The notes: generated by a model not told the origin, from the letters alone. A stretch of 64,000 bases of DNA from Octopus vulgaris (GCA_951406725.2 OX597820.1:70060001-70124000); one strand, 5' to 3'; counted from the first letter of the stretch, positions 13,330 to 28,045 are shown. Program-made: numbers and translations.

Positions 13330-13950
13330 GCATGAAGCCCTTCATTCGAGAGATTGCACACAGCGTAGGAAAGCCTATGGGTGAACATTGCGAGAGCTCA
13401 AAGAAGAGAAAAGCTCGTCAGTGCTCTACCAACATGCTCAGGCAGAACATGGAGGCTCGAATAATAGCATAAAAGGTTAAAGTATTATCGAGGCATAGAA
13501 CTGATACGACACTTAGGCAGATCACAGAGGCAACACACATAGGAGTAGACGGACCATGACCCGGTAGAAAACATGAATGGAACAGTAACACCCACCTCCA
13601 CACCACATCACATGACTAAAGACTGAAGGGAAGAGAAGACAGTGGAAAAAACGTAAATAATGCACAGATATATAAAGGGTAGTACACACACAATAGACAT
13701 ATATGCATTTACCTGTGATACGTATAAGAAATAGAGATAGATAAATAAAAACAAAAAGAAAAAATATATATATAAGTAGATAAAATAAAAAAAGAAATCC
13801 ATATAAAGAGCATGGATACAAACAAAATACGAAGCGAAGCCATACACAAACACAAAGAGATACAGGAACTGTACCAAATTTTCGGATCTTAGGAGAGCAT
13901 ACCCTTCCTTAGCAGAGGATGGGGCTGAGGGGAAGGCCCAAATACAACAA
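13330..13950 (+). mobile_element. Penelope-like GIY-YIG C-terminal remnant plus terminal repeat
   Basis: Translation RELKEEKSSSVLYQHAQAEHGG..VKVLSRHRTDTTLRQITEA..KHEWNS. Decayed HHR-like motif on the minus strand at 13869-13915. Confidence 0.65.
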
Positions 13951-14120
13951 CACACACACACACACACACGTATGTATGTATGTATGTATGTATGTATGTA
14001 TGTATGTATGTATGTATGTATGTATGTATGTATGTATGCTTATATATATCTAAAAGATAAACTTCCGGAAAGTTTTACAGATTTTTACAGTTCCAGTGAT
14101 GGATTGGATATGTATGTATG

Positions 14121-14154
<34 letters not shown>

Positions 14155-14410
14155 TGTATGTATGTATGTATGTATGTATGTTTGTATGTATGTATGTATG
14201 TATGTATGTATTAATGTATGTATGTATGTATGTATATAAATTTAAAATAAATTTAAAATGAGGGTGAGAAATTAGATATTAATTTAATTAACATCGATTT
14301 CACACCAGTATATATATGTAAGACGAGCTTCTTTCAGTTTCCGTCCACCAAATCCACTCACAAGTCTTTGAACAGTCCAGAGCTATACTAGAAGACATTT
14401 GCTCAGGCGC

Positions 14411-14570
14411 AGGAGTGACTGTGTGATAAGTAGCTTGCTTACAAACCACATGGTTCCGGCTTCATTCCCACTGCGTGGCACCTTGGCCAGGTGTCTTCTA
14501 CTATAGCCTTGGGCCGAGTAAAGCCTTGTGAGTGGATCTGGTAGACAGAAACTGAAAGAAGCCCGTCGTA

Positions 14571-14634
<64 letters not shown>

Positions 14635-14743
14635 CGTGATCACCGTGACCGACCAGGCCATCAGATGTTGTTACACATCGCTGGTCACAATGCGCTTCGC
14701 ATTGTTTTAGCCTTCAAATGACGCCACCCCGCTGGCTAAGCGA

Positions 14744-14805
<62 letters not shown>

Positions 14806-14999
14806 ATGTGTGTGTATATGTTTGTGTGTCTGTGTTTGGGCCTCCAACCGATGGTGGTGTGTTTAAGTCCCCGTAACTTAGCGGTTAGGTGAAAGAGACC
14901 GATAGAATAAGTTCTAGGGTCGATTTGTTCGACTAAAGGCGGGGCTCCAGCATGGCCGCAGTCAAATGACTGAAACAAGAAAAAGAGAGTAAAAAGAGA
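14411..14999 (+). mobile_element. SINE family A with an antisense family D tail (14631-14746) nested in its internal (TA)n
   Basis: The head and tail halves are separated by (TA)n plus the reverse complement of the 32730-32844 tail. Confidence 0.8.
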
Positions 15000-15469
15000 G
15001 AAGTGGGACTGAACCCAGAATCATGTGGCTGGAAGTAAACCTCTCACCACACAGCCACGCCCGTGCCACGGTGTTGTCCATTTTTTTTTACCATTCATTT
15101 TCCTTCCTTCTTTCTTCCATTTATTTATTTCGGATTTGACCACAACAATGTCGCCGTTTCTATAATTCATAAACCTCAGATTAATCCTTTAATGGGCCTA
15201 TGACAGCCCTTGTCATACTTAATTAATCCTCCAAAGCCCAAACGCCACCTTTGTGCTTGCTTCATCGAAAATTTAACAGAAAATTCTGAATAAATTCGTT
15301 CGTTCCTTCACGATACATTTACAAAGTAAGTACGACGGCTATGAACAGAACATTCTCCTTCATCAAAATATTGCTTCGGTGTCAACTATCTGATAACGCT
15401 CAGTGTCATCTGATAATTCTTAATGTCACGCCATCTTTAACTCTGTTACAGCTCTCTCCTGCTAACCAC

Positions 15470-15673
15470 CAACTCCATCTCCACCGCCGTTACCACAACC
15501 ACCACCACCACCACTTCACTACCACCACCATCATTATCAACGCTGCCGTCACAACCATCACTGCTCTCACAACTCCCACAATTATTGTCCTTATCTCCAC
15601 CAGCGCCGCCATCAACGGCATCGCCGCCGTCGATGCTATCGCCCCCACCAACACCCTCACCTACCCACACCAT

Positions 15674-15724
<51 letters not shown>

Positions 15725-15740
15725 CACCACCACCACTGTC
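15470..15740. repeat. Degenerate (CAC/CAT/TAC)n triplet low-complexity tract
   Basis: Seen directly; it gives the poly-His, poly-Thr and poly-Tyr ORFs. Confidence 0.85.
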
Positions 15741-16676
15741 ACCAGCAGTTCTACATGTTCCAGAAACTTTACAAGTGTTGGTAACCGTTTTGGTGATTCT
15801 TCACCTTCTGACCTCTGTACATGTTGCCATATGGTCTTAGATTGAATTCTAGTTTATCTCCAACTCCTCCTGTCCCCCATCGCTACTACTAGCTCTAACA
15901 CCACTAATATAGTTTCCATAATTACAGCTAATATTATTACTACAACCACCATTGTTACCATTCCACTGCTACCATTTCCATTATATACATTCATGTTAGT
16001 ATCCTTACCAGCCAGCCTTTAAGGTAGAATTCATAACATGCTTAGCGGCTTTTCGTTCGTCATTACGTTCTGAGTTCAAATTCTACCGAGGTCGACTTTG
16101 CCTTTCATCCTTTTGGAGTCGCTTAAATAAGTACCAGTTGAGCACAGGTCTAGTGTTCGAAATATGCCAAGTCTTTTTCAAGGTGATGAATACGTTGTAT
16201 ACTTTCAAACGCATTGATATATATTATGGCGTACAGTATTATCGCTGTTGTAGTTCAGTTTTATATCAGCCCAGTTCGAGCCGACATACGCTCAAAGATA
16301 TTCCACCTTTGATATCCTCATCTGTTTATTTTATTATTTTTGTGTGTGTGTGTATGTGTGTGTAAATCAGTAATTACTGCATTGATTTTGATCTCATGCA
16401 CCTCAAACCAAAACAGGGGAGAGGTATCTTCATTTCAAATCAAGCAAAATTTGGATATCGCATCACCTCCCTTTGACAACATCTAATAATCTTAAAGCTT
16501 GGAAATGTATCTATAGATGAAGACTAAATGCACGAGAGAAATGCTTTCATAGAAGTTGAAAATTCTGGCTCAAGGTCACCAAGTTCAGTGGCCTAGTAAG
16601 GGGTAAGTCGATTACGTTGACCCCAGTATTCAAGGCAAAATCGGCCTCTGCGGAACAAAATTCTTGGATAATATTC

Positions 16677-16968
16677 TAAGTCGGTTATATCGACCCCAGT
16701 GCGTAACTGGTACTTATTTAATCGACCCCGAAATGATGAAAGACAAAGTCGACCTCGGTGGAATTTGAACTCATAACGAGCGGCAGACGAAATACCTATT
16801 TCTTTACTACCCTCAAGGGGCTAAACACAGAAAGGACAAACAAGGACAGACAAACGCATTAAGTCGATTACTTCGACCCCAGTGCGTAACTGGTACTTAT
16901 TTAATCGACCCCGAAAGGATGAAAGGCAAAGTCTTCGACCGGCGTGCTAACTTTTCTGCCAGCTCGCC
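16677..16968 (-). mobile_element. SINE family B head-to-tail dimer
   Basis: Junction AAAGAAATAGG|TATTTCGTCTGCC on the minus strand near 16797, identical to the junctions in the 37299-38094 array. Confidence 0.8.
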
Positions 16969-17400
16969 TTCCTACACTCTTGGATAATATTGCTTGACTT
17001 GTGATAATGACACACATCCAGGAAGACAGCCCAGTTCTACAGAATTTCATGAGAAAATCGTTCTGATAATACAGAGTTAATATTAGAAATCTGTTAGTCA
17101 GCAGAAGTTAATATAATGTTAATATCATATTAAAAACGTCAACAGAATTAAAGATAAAAGTAAAATCCACGTCCATGTCGAACCAAAGAAACATTTCTAT
17201 TTACTTACTCGGATTATAACAAGAGTTATACTTGTAATTATTTATTTAGTTTCTTGTTTACGTAACTAACTATCTCAACATCAATCTTGAGAAACGGTGC
17301 ATCGCGAAACCAAAAAGGACTAATATAATAAGAAAATTACAATTGCAAGCCATTAATAGAAATGTAAGAAGAAAATATGTAAAAGTTTACAAACTTTTAG

Positions 17401-18090
<690 letters not shown>

Positions 18091-18245
18091 AGTCACATGC
18101 ACACACACAGAAACACACACTCACACACGGCGCGTGAAGTCAACGTGAATATGAACAACCCCACCAAAACAGGATATATTTATATATGTATATATATGTA
18201 TGTATGTGTGCATGTATATATGTATGTATACATATCTCTGTGTGT

Positions 18246-18277
<32 letters not shown>

Positions 18278-18881
18278 GTTAAAGAAAACACAAAAGTAAG
18301 CTGTACATTATCTCGCATCTTAGTAATGAGCATCATTACAAACAAATGATATTCTGTAGTAAATACATAATTTACTCGGAATTAGAAAGAAAGAAATGAT
18401 GTCTGGCAGAGAACATAAAAGTCCCGATATAGTTTCTTCAATATAAACAACAATTTATTTCTTTACATAGTTTACTGAAATATCACAATGAATAATAACA
18501 TGCTTTGTTCGAAGCTATTTTGATAAATCTGAACAAGTTAAAGCGGAGCCAAAAATCTCTCTAACTTGATCATTTTATCGAAGACAATCTAGTTAACTTC
18601 AGCTGCCGCATACAATACAACAGTGTTTTTGCTAACATCATACCGTACCAACTCATTCGATGTAATCACTTTAGGATCGGCATCTTGTCTTCATCTATGA
18701 ATGTCTTCTCTTCTCCTCTGCTGTGCTGAATGACAGAAAAAGTGAAATAAATAAATAAATAAAATAAATAAATAAAAAAGTGGGGGGAGAAGCATTCTTA
18801 AACGATTCTCGCGTGCCTTGTGCTTGTGTGTGTGTGTATTTCTTTTATGCGTTTCAACCGATGGGGGACGATGTATATATA

Positions 18882-19204
18882 GGAGCACTCCGTCGGTTAC
18901 GACGACGAGGGTCCCAGCTGATATGAACTACGGAACAGCTTGCTCGTGGAATTAACGTGCAAGTGGCTGAGCATGCCTCAGACACATGTACCCTTAACGT
19001 AGTACGCAAGGAGATTCAGTGTGACATAGAGTATGACAAGCCTGGCCCTTTGAAATACAGGTGCAACTCATTTTTGCTTACTGAATGGACTGGAGCAACG
19101 TGAAATAAAGTGTCTTGCTCAAGGACGCAACGCGTCGCCGGAAATCGAACTCACAACCTTACGATCATGAGCCGAATGCCCTAACCACTAAGCCACGCGC
19201 CCTC
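18882..19204 (-). mobile_element. tRNA-derived SINE family C with RTE-like tail
   Basis: Head GCGCGTGGCTTAGTGGTTAG..GAGTTCGATTTCC, CORE-like CCTTGAGCAAGACACTTT, tail CCTCGTCGTCGTAACCGACGGAGTGC. Confidence 0.8.
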
Positions 19205-19442
19205 ACTATGTGTATATATATATATATATATAAATTAAAAATGAGGGTGTCTAATGAGGGTGCGATATATATATATATATATATAATTTGCATATATTAA
19301 TTTGCATACGCGCACCCGCGCTAGGTAGTCGTTGTAGGATCGACTAGTCACGACTGGCTAGCACGGATGCGCGAGTTCGCGAGTGCGCGCACCGGGACCA
19401 CTCTTCTTAAATAGTACCATATATATATATATATATATATTA

Positions 19443-19800
19443 AGGTATGTAGAAAAATACAACATGGACAAGAACGTATAACTCTTAGAAGACGATACAA
19501 TAAACACGGACAGGACATTCGAAACCCTCAGTCTTCAGTCAAGAACCGGATCATCGTAGTAATTTCGGCTGATTAATCTTGAGATTACTAGATCACGGCC
19601 AGCCCTCCAAGAAAAACTAAGCAACGAGCATTAGAAAAACTAAGCTGGGAGCGTAGATTTCCTGGAAGAAGGATCGAATGCATACGAACACCGGGACAGC
19701 AAAAGGGACGAATATAAAAGGCAAAAAACAATAATGGAATACAGAAACATGAAATACAGAAGCATTAACGGTGAAAACAACAAGTGTCTTACGACTGATA
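19443..19800. mobile_element. Penelope-like terminal-repeat family adjacent to (TA)n
   Basis: Shares GACAAGAACG..CATTCG..CAGTCAAG..ATTTCGGCTG with 48175-48340, 51287-51732 and 53500-53800. The family assignment is inferred. Confidence 0.55.
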
Positions 19801-20066
19801 ACAAGCAAACAAATTTTCTCTGGCGCATTGGAAAGGAGCCTTATCGGCGATGCCTTGGCGGCGGACGAAAAACAACGATGTTAACACGTCGCTGGTGGGA
19901 AGCTGAGAGGCAGATTTCGGCCAGCGGTCACGTGACAGAGAAGAGAGAAAAGAAAAGAAAGAGAAGCAAAGGAAGGAAGAGAGAGAGAGAAGAGAGAGAG
20001 AGGAGGGACGAGCAGAATAGCTAGTTATAAAATCTCAAGGAGAGATCGAGTAGAAGTAACGTATAC

Positions 20067-20947
20067 TAAACAGTAAAGCGAGTAGCCACATCAAAGTGGC
20101 AGATGGATGTTACTTCGGATCTAGTTTTTTCATTCGCAAAATATGCATTTTTTAAAAGACAGTAAAACAATCTGAAAATCGACTATGATAACGTAGCCTT
20201 CCAGTCTCATTGCTTTGAAGGGATGATGTTGTGAAGAAATAATTGGAGAAAATCTTACAGAGGTTTAATAATCGAGAAAACTGTATATTTTCAGCCAATA
20301 GCGAAACAAAAATTTTCTGCGTTTAGCGGAACGGTGTAAACTTTAAGATTGTACCCTGTGAAATTCAGAGTTTAGCATCTGACCTGTTCGTTGTAGGTTT
20401 CTAAATAAGCAGAAATACCTAATAAAATCAACCTGTATCATCCTACTGTATCTTTTGTCTCCTCATTGATTGTATGTTTTTTTTTAAACTTGTTATATTA
20501 ATATATTTGTCTGTATGTGTTTACTTTATGAGTATTTCAGTATTATGATTACCTGACATGTATTTGTGTACATCATTAATATATAAGTGTGTGTGTAAAA
20601 GGTGGGGGCGTCTATTTCAAACACTTCAAAGCTGAGTGGCATTTTCATGCTTGGATTTGTAAACTACGATAAGAATAACACTGGTCAACAAAGAATTTGT
20701 CCGAAGAAAAAGAACACTTGTATCTTATATGTTTTTGTGAAATGTTCTTAATTAGCAACGAACATTTTGTTGTGAATGTTGAATTACTGATTATATTTAC
20801 ACCAATTAATGTTGGGAGAAATCACCTTAATTTGCAATAAAAATACTTTAAAAAAAATGAAAACCAGCTTGTGGAGAATCCGCCTGGGGTTAAACTAGTA
20901 AAAACATTCATCTGCCACTCTGATGTGACCACTCGCTTTACTGTTTA
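20067..20947. mobile_element. Non-autonomous DNA transposon, ~880 bp, ~45-bp TIRs
   Basis: TAAACAGTAAAGCGAGTAGCCACATCAAAGTGGCAGATG at the left end, with its reverse complement ending at 20947. No ORF; superfamily unresolved. Confidence 0.75.
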
Positions 20948-21189
20948 CATATAAATATATATATTCTTTTATTCTTATACTTGTTTCAGTTATTTGACTG
21001 CGACCATGCTGGAGCACCGCCTTTAGTCGAGCAAATCGACCCAGGACTTATTATTTGTAAACCTAGTACTTATTCTATCGGTATCCTTCGCGAAACCGCT
21101 ACGTTACGGGGACGTAAATGCACCAGCATCGGTTATCAAGCGATGTTGGGGGGTGGGGACAAACACAGACTCACAAACATACGCACACC

Positions 21190-21273
<84 letters not shown>

Positions 21274-21274
21274 G

Positions 21275-21322
<48 letters not shown>

Positions 21323-21369
21323 TATACATATACATATATATACATACATATATATAATGTATATATACG

Positions 21370-21402
<33 letters not shown>

Positions 21403-21506
21403 GCACATATACATATACATATATATACATATATATATATATATAATGTATATATACGTATATATACATATATATACATACATATATATATATAATGTAT
21501 ATATAC

Positions 21507-21616
<110 letters not shown>

Positions 21617-22514
21617 CATATTATTAGAGTTGCTATGTAAAAGCACGTGGTTGGATGTATAAAGTGCTAAATAGAATGGAAAAGCTACAGAAGACTTGTA
21701 TTGTATGGTTAAGATATATATTAAACTCGTCATGTTAGGAAAATGTTATAAAATTTTGTGTATAGTGACATCATTTTTGGAGAAATAACCGGTTCCGTAT
21801 TTTCTTTTCAAATTTCTCAAATTTCTTTTCAAATATCTCATACGCAGCGTCTTTCAGAGCCTGTCACAAATTCAGTTCTTAACATTTTTGAAGAGGACTC
21901 GTCCCTAGCTACATTTTGACATAAGAAAAATGATATTTGATCCAGTAGAAAAAAGTTTACATCAAAATTTGTAGCAACGTCATAGGAGAGCAACTAACGC
22001 CACCAATCAAGTTTAGATCTAAACTCTGTTTTTTTAATTTTAAAAGCAAAGTATATTTATCTTGGTTTGAATGGTAGAAGTAAGCATGAAGAATTTTATA
22101 GTTTTGGTTCCATGCAACAAAAATTTATATCAAAATTGTTGTGAGGTAAAATATTATGAAAAAATATAAGTAAGGCAAAAAATTGGATTTAAGTATAATT
22201 AATTTTTTTTTAATTTTAAAACCAAACTATATTTTATTTAAGCTTAAATGATAGAGCTCAATTCGAGGGATTTCATGGTATCAGTCTTATGCAATGAAAT
22301 TTTGAAAGAAATAAGTTATAAGCATAGAATACCTTACCAAAGGGAAGGTCAGAGATCAGATAACTATTTTGATGCTTTCTCGATAAAGTCAATTTAAATT
22401 TAGAATATTCTACAGCACGAAAGAACTGTACATTAGCAAAAATAACTTGCTTATTAGACACTAGAAACAATAATTCATTTAGAAGAACTATGCCATTTAG
22501 CATTTATCTAAAAG

Positions 22515-22516
<2 letters not shown>

Positions 22517-22583
<67 letters not shown>

Positions 22584-22965
22584 TGTGTACAGTGCTCAGG
22601 TGCACTACAACTCATCTAAAGTGTATATATAATCAGGTGTAGTTTCGGCGGATTTCGGAAAGCATGAGGGCCTTAAAGGATGCAGTGTCATGGCAGTCAA
22701 CAACTGACGCAGGCAGTTTATTCCATGCTTCAGCAACTCTGAGCGTGAAAAAATGTTTCCGAAAGTCATGGGGGCTGTGTTGTTTTCTGACTTTGTAGGC
22801 ATGTCCACGTGTGTTAGACACATGGAGATCAAAAAGGTGTTCAGTGTTGTTGTTGGTGAGGTGGTTGATAACTTTGTGGATGTTTACTAAGTCCGTCGCC
22901 AGACGCCGGAGCTTCAGTGAATCCATGCCCAGGGAAACAAGGCGCTCAGAATATGGTAGGTCTCT
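22517..22965 (-). mobile_element. 5'-truncated CR1-clade LINE (ORF2 C-terminus, short 3' UTR, (ATT)n tail)
   Basis: Uninterrupted LPYSERLVSLGMDSLKLRR..TRGHAYK..RKHFFTLRVAEAWNKLP is the typical CR1 C-terminus. Stop at 22633, then the microsatellite tail. Confidence 0.9.
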
Positions 22966-23659
22966 GCAAAAAATTGTTTAACGGGGAAGAGTAAACTTAT
23001 ATTTATAGTTTCCTGTTTGTTTCAGCTGTACGTCCTGGGTTCAATTTTCGCCGAAGATAATTTTGCTTTACATTTCCTGGGGAGTCGATAAAATACGCGT
23101 CAGTTGAAGCAGTGGAGTTGAAATTATCGATTAACCCTCCTCTAGCGTTGTGCCTATACTATACAGAATCGTTAACACGCCATGCGAAATGATTAGCAGC
23201 ATTTCGTCTGGTGTTACGTTCTGAGTTCAAATTCCGCCGAGGTCGACTTTGCTTTTTATCCTTTCGGGGTCGATTAAATAAGTACCAGTTATGCACTGGG
23301 ACCGATGTAATCTACTTAATCTCTTTGTTTGTCCCCTCTATGTTTAGCCCCCTGTGGGCAATAAAGAAATAATTATTATATGTAATATAATATGTATATA
23401 ATATATTTATGTGGTGGGTACACGCATACACCATATATATATTTTACTCTTTTATTTGTTTTAGTCATTTGACTGCGGTCATGCTGGCGAACCACCTTTT
23501 GATCGAACAAATCACCCCCAGGACTTATTCTTGGTAAGCCTAGCACATATTCTATCGGTCTCTTTTTGCCAAACCGCTAATTTACGGAGATGTAAACACA
23601 CTGACATCGGTTGTCAAGCGATGGTGGGAGGGGGGCAAACACATACACACACACACAGT

Positions 23660-23984
23660 GAAGGCGCATGGCTCAGTGGTTAGAGCGTCGAGCTTACGAT
23701 CGTGAGGTTGTGAGTTCCAATCCCGGACCGGGCTGCGAGTTGTTTTCTTGAGCAAGACACTTTATTTCACGTTAACTCAGCTGTAGAAATGAGTTGCGAC
23801 GTCACACAGGCCAAGCTGTATCGGTCCCTTTGCCTTTCCCTTGGATAACATCGGTGGCGTAAAGAGGGGAGGCCGTTATGCATGGACGACTGCTGGTCTT
23901 CCGTAAAAACAACCTTGCCCGGACTTGTGCCTGGATGGGTAACTTTCTAGGTGCAATCCCATGGTCAGTCATGACCGAAGGGTG

Positions 23985-23988
<4 letters not shown>
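23660..23988 (+). mobile_element. SINE family C (tRNA-Arg-like head) with second tail type
   Basis: GGCGCATGGCTCAGTGGTTAGAGCG..CTTACGATC, then TTGAGCAAGACAC and tail GTCATGACCGAAGGG. Sister copy at 61735-62063. Confidence 0.8.
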
Positions 23989-24040
<52 letters not shown>

Positions 24041-24341
24041 GGGCTTCTTTCAATTTCCGTCTACGAAATCCACTCTCAAGGCTTTGGTCGGCCCGAGGCA
24101 ATAGTAGAAGACACTTGCCCAAAATTTCACGCAGTGGGATGGAACCTGGAACCAAATGGTTGGTAAGCAAGCTATGCACAAACAAAAAACAGATATAGAA
24201 TGGCAAGTTAAAAAACGTATTAAATGCACAGACGAACGGTAAACAGACACAGAAGGTCCCAATTCCTCATCTGTTATCGGCCAGTGAGTGAGTCAAGGAC
24301 AATTTCGTGCCTTTAACACACACTCACACACACACATACAA

Positions 24342-24589
24342 CAGGGCGTTCAAAAAGTCTCTCCGCATTAAGTATTTTATTGCCAAATAGATATTTGTAA
24401 GATGGTACAAGACTACAAAAGAATATATTAGACATTACAAAACTTCAAAACAAATTTATAAGAGGTCATCCTTTATATGTGTCGTCCTCCATTTTCAGTA
24501 CATAAACTGATTCTTCTACACATGTTTCGAAATACATCTTGGAGAAAAAACAGCGCGGAATTCACTGCGGTGAGACTTTTGGGACACTC

Positions 24590-24591
<2 letters not shown>
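24342..24591 (-). mobile_element. Internally deleted Tc1/mariner element (MITE)
   Basis: TIR CAGGGCGTTCAAAAAGTCTCTCCGCA / TGCGGTGAGACTTTTGGGACACTCTG. Retains the transposase C-terminus QDVFRNMCRRISLCTENGGRHI*. Confidence 0.75.
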
Positions 24592-24657
<66 letters not shown>

Positions 24658-24754
24658 CAATAATAATAAAGGGCAAAATTAATTAATCAATTAATAATTT
24701 TACCAAGTAGTTCGGTATGTTAAAAGAACCATTATCGGTAAACTTATACAAAAA

Positions 24755-25003
24755 TTCTATAATTATGAGTATAATTATAATTAGGGTTCATCGAAAATTT
24801 GCTTCATCACATACCGAAATTTAGAAATAGCAATTAAAATACTATTCTGCTACCATAAGATATCTCCCTGACAGCAATACTCTACAAATGGGAGATATCT
24901 TATGGTAGCAGAATAGTATATTAACTGCTATTTCTAAATTTCGGTATGTGGTGAAGCAAATTTTTGTTGAAACCTAATTATAATTATGCTCATAATTATA
25001 GAA
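24755..25003. repeat. Long inverted repeat (~114-bp arms, 21-nt spacer)
   Basis: 24755-24868 versus 24890-25003. A single-arm family copy lies at about 54695-54850. Confidence 0.9.
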
Positions 25004-25881
25004 ATTATATATATATATATATATTGTGTGGTATTTCTTCAGCCTCGAGTTGTACAAACAGCCCCTTGTTAGTTTCTCCAGATATGCAATATAGATATGC
25101 AGTAAATGAGTGAATGGCCTGTTGCAATTCTGTAACTAATGACGCCATAAGATTAATTCAATGCGATATAAAATAAGTAATTTATTAACGGCCGACATGG
25201 AAAAAGAAAAAAAAAAAAGATCGCAATCAAATCAAGACCTTTCCTCTTGTCTGCAACTGTTGTTCTTTTACATCTTTCAGTCATTGGAATGCAACCATGT
25301 TGGGGCAACGCCTTGAAAAGTTTGGTCGAACAGATCAAATCTAGTAGATAGTTTTTAAAGGCAGATACTTATTTATCTCTATTTTTTTTTGCTAAAACAG
25401 CTGAGTTGCAGGGGTGAAGACATAAACGTCCACTTGTCATGTGGAACAAATACACACATGTATCCAAATACATATATGAAAACAAAATCAGTGGAAACGA
25501 ACTCGGAACCAGATAGTTACGCAGCAGGCTTCTACATACTGGCGTTTCTATATTTAATGCAGCTATATATATATATATATGTTTAGCAGACGAGGAGTCA
25601 AGTATTGAGGAGTGGTAGAAATAGCCCGAAACCAGGACTGGTATACTGGTCCTGTCGCTAGAAGGTGGTAGAGGTTCGCTCCCCTGCTCGCAATTTTATC
25701 GGACGCAACTGTGCATCGTGAACCAGCTAGAAGAGATGTCCTTTTGGGGTTAAAAGAAAACGCAATAGTGTCCGCTCGAACGGACAGCCATGTTACAGTG
25801 GCTACGAATATTAATTGTCAGTACAACTATCGCGTTGATCTCCTAGAGAAATTTTAGAACCAACATTTTTGCTTGTTAATA

Positions 25882-25938
<57 letters not shown>

Positions 25939-26083
25939 GCGCGCAATCGTATACACACAAACATATAAGCTCTGAGTAACAGTTTTTGTGATATTTACGA
26001 TGCTTTCCAACAAAGCATATTACTCTACCTCTGGTATTCCAGTACTAGTTTTTCCATCTTGTTTAACATTTATGTACTTACTC

Positions 26084-26123
<40 letters not shown>

Positions 26124-26126
<3 letters not shown>

Positions 26127-26490
26127 AGTGGCTGTGTGGTGAGTAGCTTGCTTACGAACCACAAGGTTCCAGGTTCAGTCCCACTGCGTGGCACCTTGGG
26201 CAAGTGTCTTCTACTATAGCCTCGGGCCGACTAAAGCCTTGTGAGTGTATTTGGTAGACGTAAAGTGAAAGAAGCCCGTCGTATATATGTGTGTCTGTGT
26301 TTGTCTCCCCAACATCGCTTGACAACCGATGCTGATGTGTTTACGTCCCCGTCACTTAGCGGTTCGGCAAAAGAGTCCTATAGAATAAGTACTAGACTTA
26401 CAAAGAATAAGTTTTGGGGTCGATTTGCTCGACTAAAGGCGGTGCTCCAGCATGGCCACAGTCAAATGACTGAAACAAGTAAAAGAGTAT
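26124..26490 (+). mobile_element. SINE family A, near full length
   Basis: Complete head, GCACCTTGGGCAAGTG core, and tail GGCGGTGCTCCAGCATGGCC. Confidence 0.9.
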
Positions 26491-26523
26491 ACATATACAC
26501 ATGTATGTATGCATGCATGTACG

Positions 26524-26661
<138 letters not shown>

Positions 26662-27685
26662 CGACGGGCTTCGACACAGTTTCCCCCTACCAATCCACTT
26701 ACAGATATTAGTCGACTTGGGGCTATAATAGAAGATACTTGCCCGAGGTTCCGGGCTGCGTGACTGAACCCGAAACTACCAGATTGTAAAACGAGCTTTT
26801 TTTTTTAAACGCAGCCATGCCTGCCCTTAATACATAAACTTTAAAAATATATAAAACATGGCAGCGAGCCTAATTATTGAAATTTACATATTTAAGCTAT
26901 CGTGAGTTGGCAGACTTGGGAAAACTGCTTGTGGAATTTAGTGACATCCCTTCATATCCTGAGATCAAATCTCATCGAGGTCGACTGTCAACTTTGCCTT
27001 TCATCCATCGGAGGTCGAGTATATAAATTACCAGACATTTACTGAGGATTATTTACTAAGGATCAATTTTATATTCTGTATACTACGAATTTGAGTAGAA
27101 TTGTTATGGAAGACTGTAGATTAGTTGATTTCTTCGAGTTTTTGAATAAAATACTCCGTGATATTTACTTATGCCAACTTTGCGTTTGAAGTTCAAATCC
27201 TGCCAGACTCTTAAAAATACAAGTCGAGTTTTGTGGACAATTTTATTGATTAAGTCATAAGCTGGTGCCCTTGAGCATACCATGATGATAATAATTCTTA
27301 ATACTGTCAAACTTGTTAGAGCGCATTCTTTTCATGGCCTTATTTCACTGGGTTCAGTCATCGCACGGCGGCCGTACTGGATCACCACCCTATATCGATT
27401 CAGGATTTTCTTTGCTACTGCATTTATCGTTATCGTAAGATCAAAAAAGAGCAAAATAAATATTACTCTCAGGGCAGATAACTCAGTTCTAGTCATGAAT
27501 GCCGCAGGGTGTTTTTCTTTGAATATACCGATTCTTACCTACGCTAACATGAGTGAGATGGGTTTCCGCGCTGTTTTCTACAATCAATTTTTACTTACAA
27601 GGTGTCGGTTAATCCGAGGCTATTGTAGAAGATATTCGTCCATTTTATACACGACACTGTGGAAACGAACTCAGAACCAGATAAC

Positions 27686-28045
27686 TTTCTTTATTGGCCA
27701 CACAGGGCTGAACACAGAGGGGACAAATACAAATGTAGAGCTTTTATTTTCGAAAATGAAAAAGAAAAGAGAGAAAAAAGGAACAAATGTAAAATTCCGA
27801 TCGAAAGGGATCGGGAAAAAAAGCGATCAAAAGGGTTCGTGTATCACAGAAGAAATTTTTAAAAAGAAACAAGATTAGATTTATCCGTGGAAAGAAAAGC
27901 CTACGGAAAAGAATACGGTAACCTCAGGCAGGGAGAAAATAAACACATGAGAGCAAATGCTCTCTCTCTCTCTCCTTTTACGATTTACAGGATCATGCTC
28001 AAAGTGGTTTCGTCGCTCGCACGCACCCTCTTTGCTACATTCAAG
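27686..28045 (-). mobile_element. 5'-truncated Tx1/L1-type LINE 3' end inserted in an old SINE
   Basis: The minus strand reads LNVAKRVRASDETTLSMIL*, then a pyrimidine-rich 3' UTR ending CCCTGTGTGGCCAATAAAGAAA. Confidence 0.65.

Noticed and set aside
24945-24985. GTGGTGA-AGCAAA..TTTGTT-GAAAC as a hammerhead (also at 54723)
   Set aside because: C3 is missing in all copies and there is no stem I or III; at most a relic.
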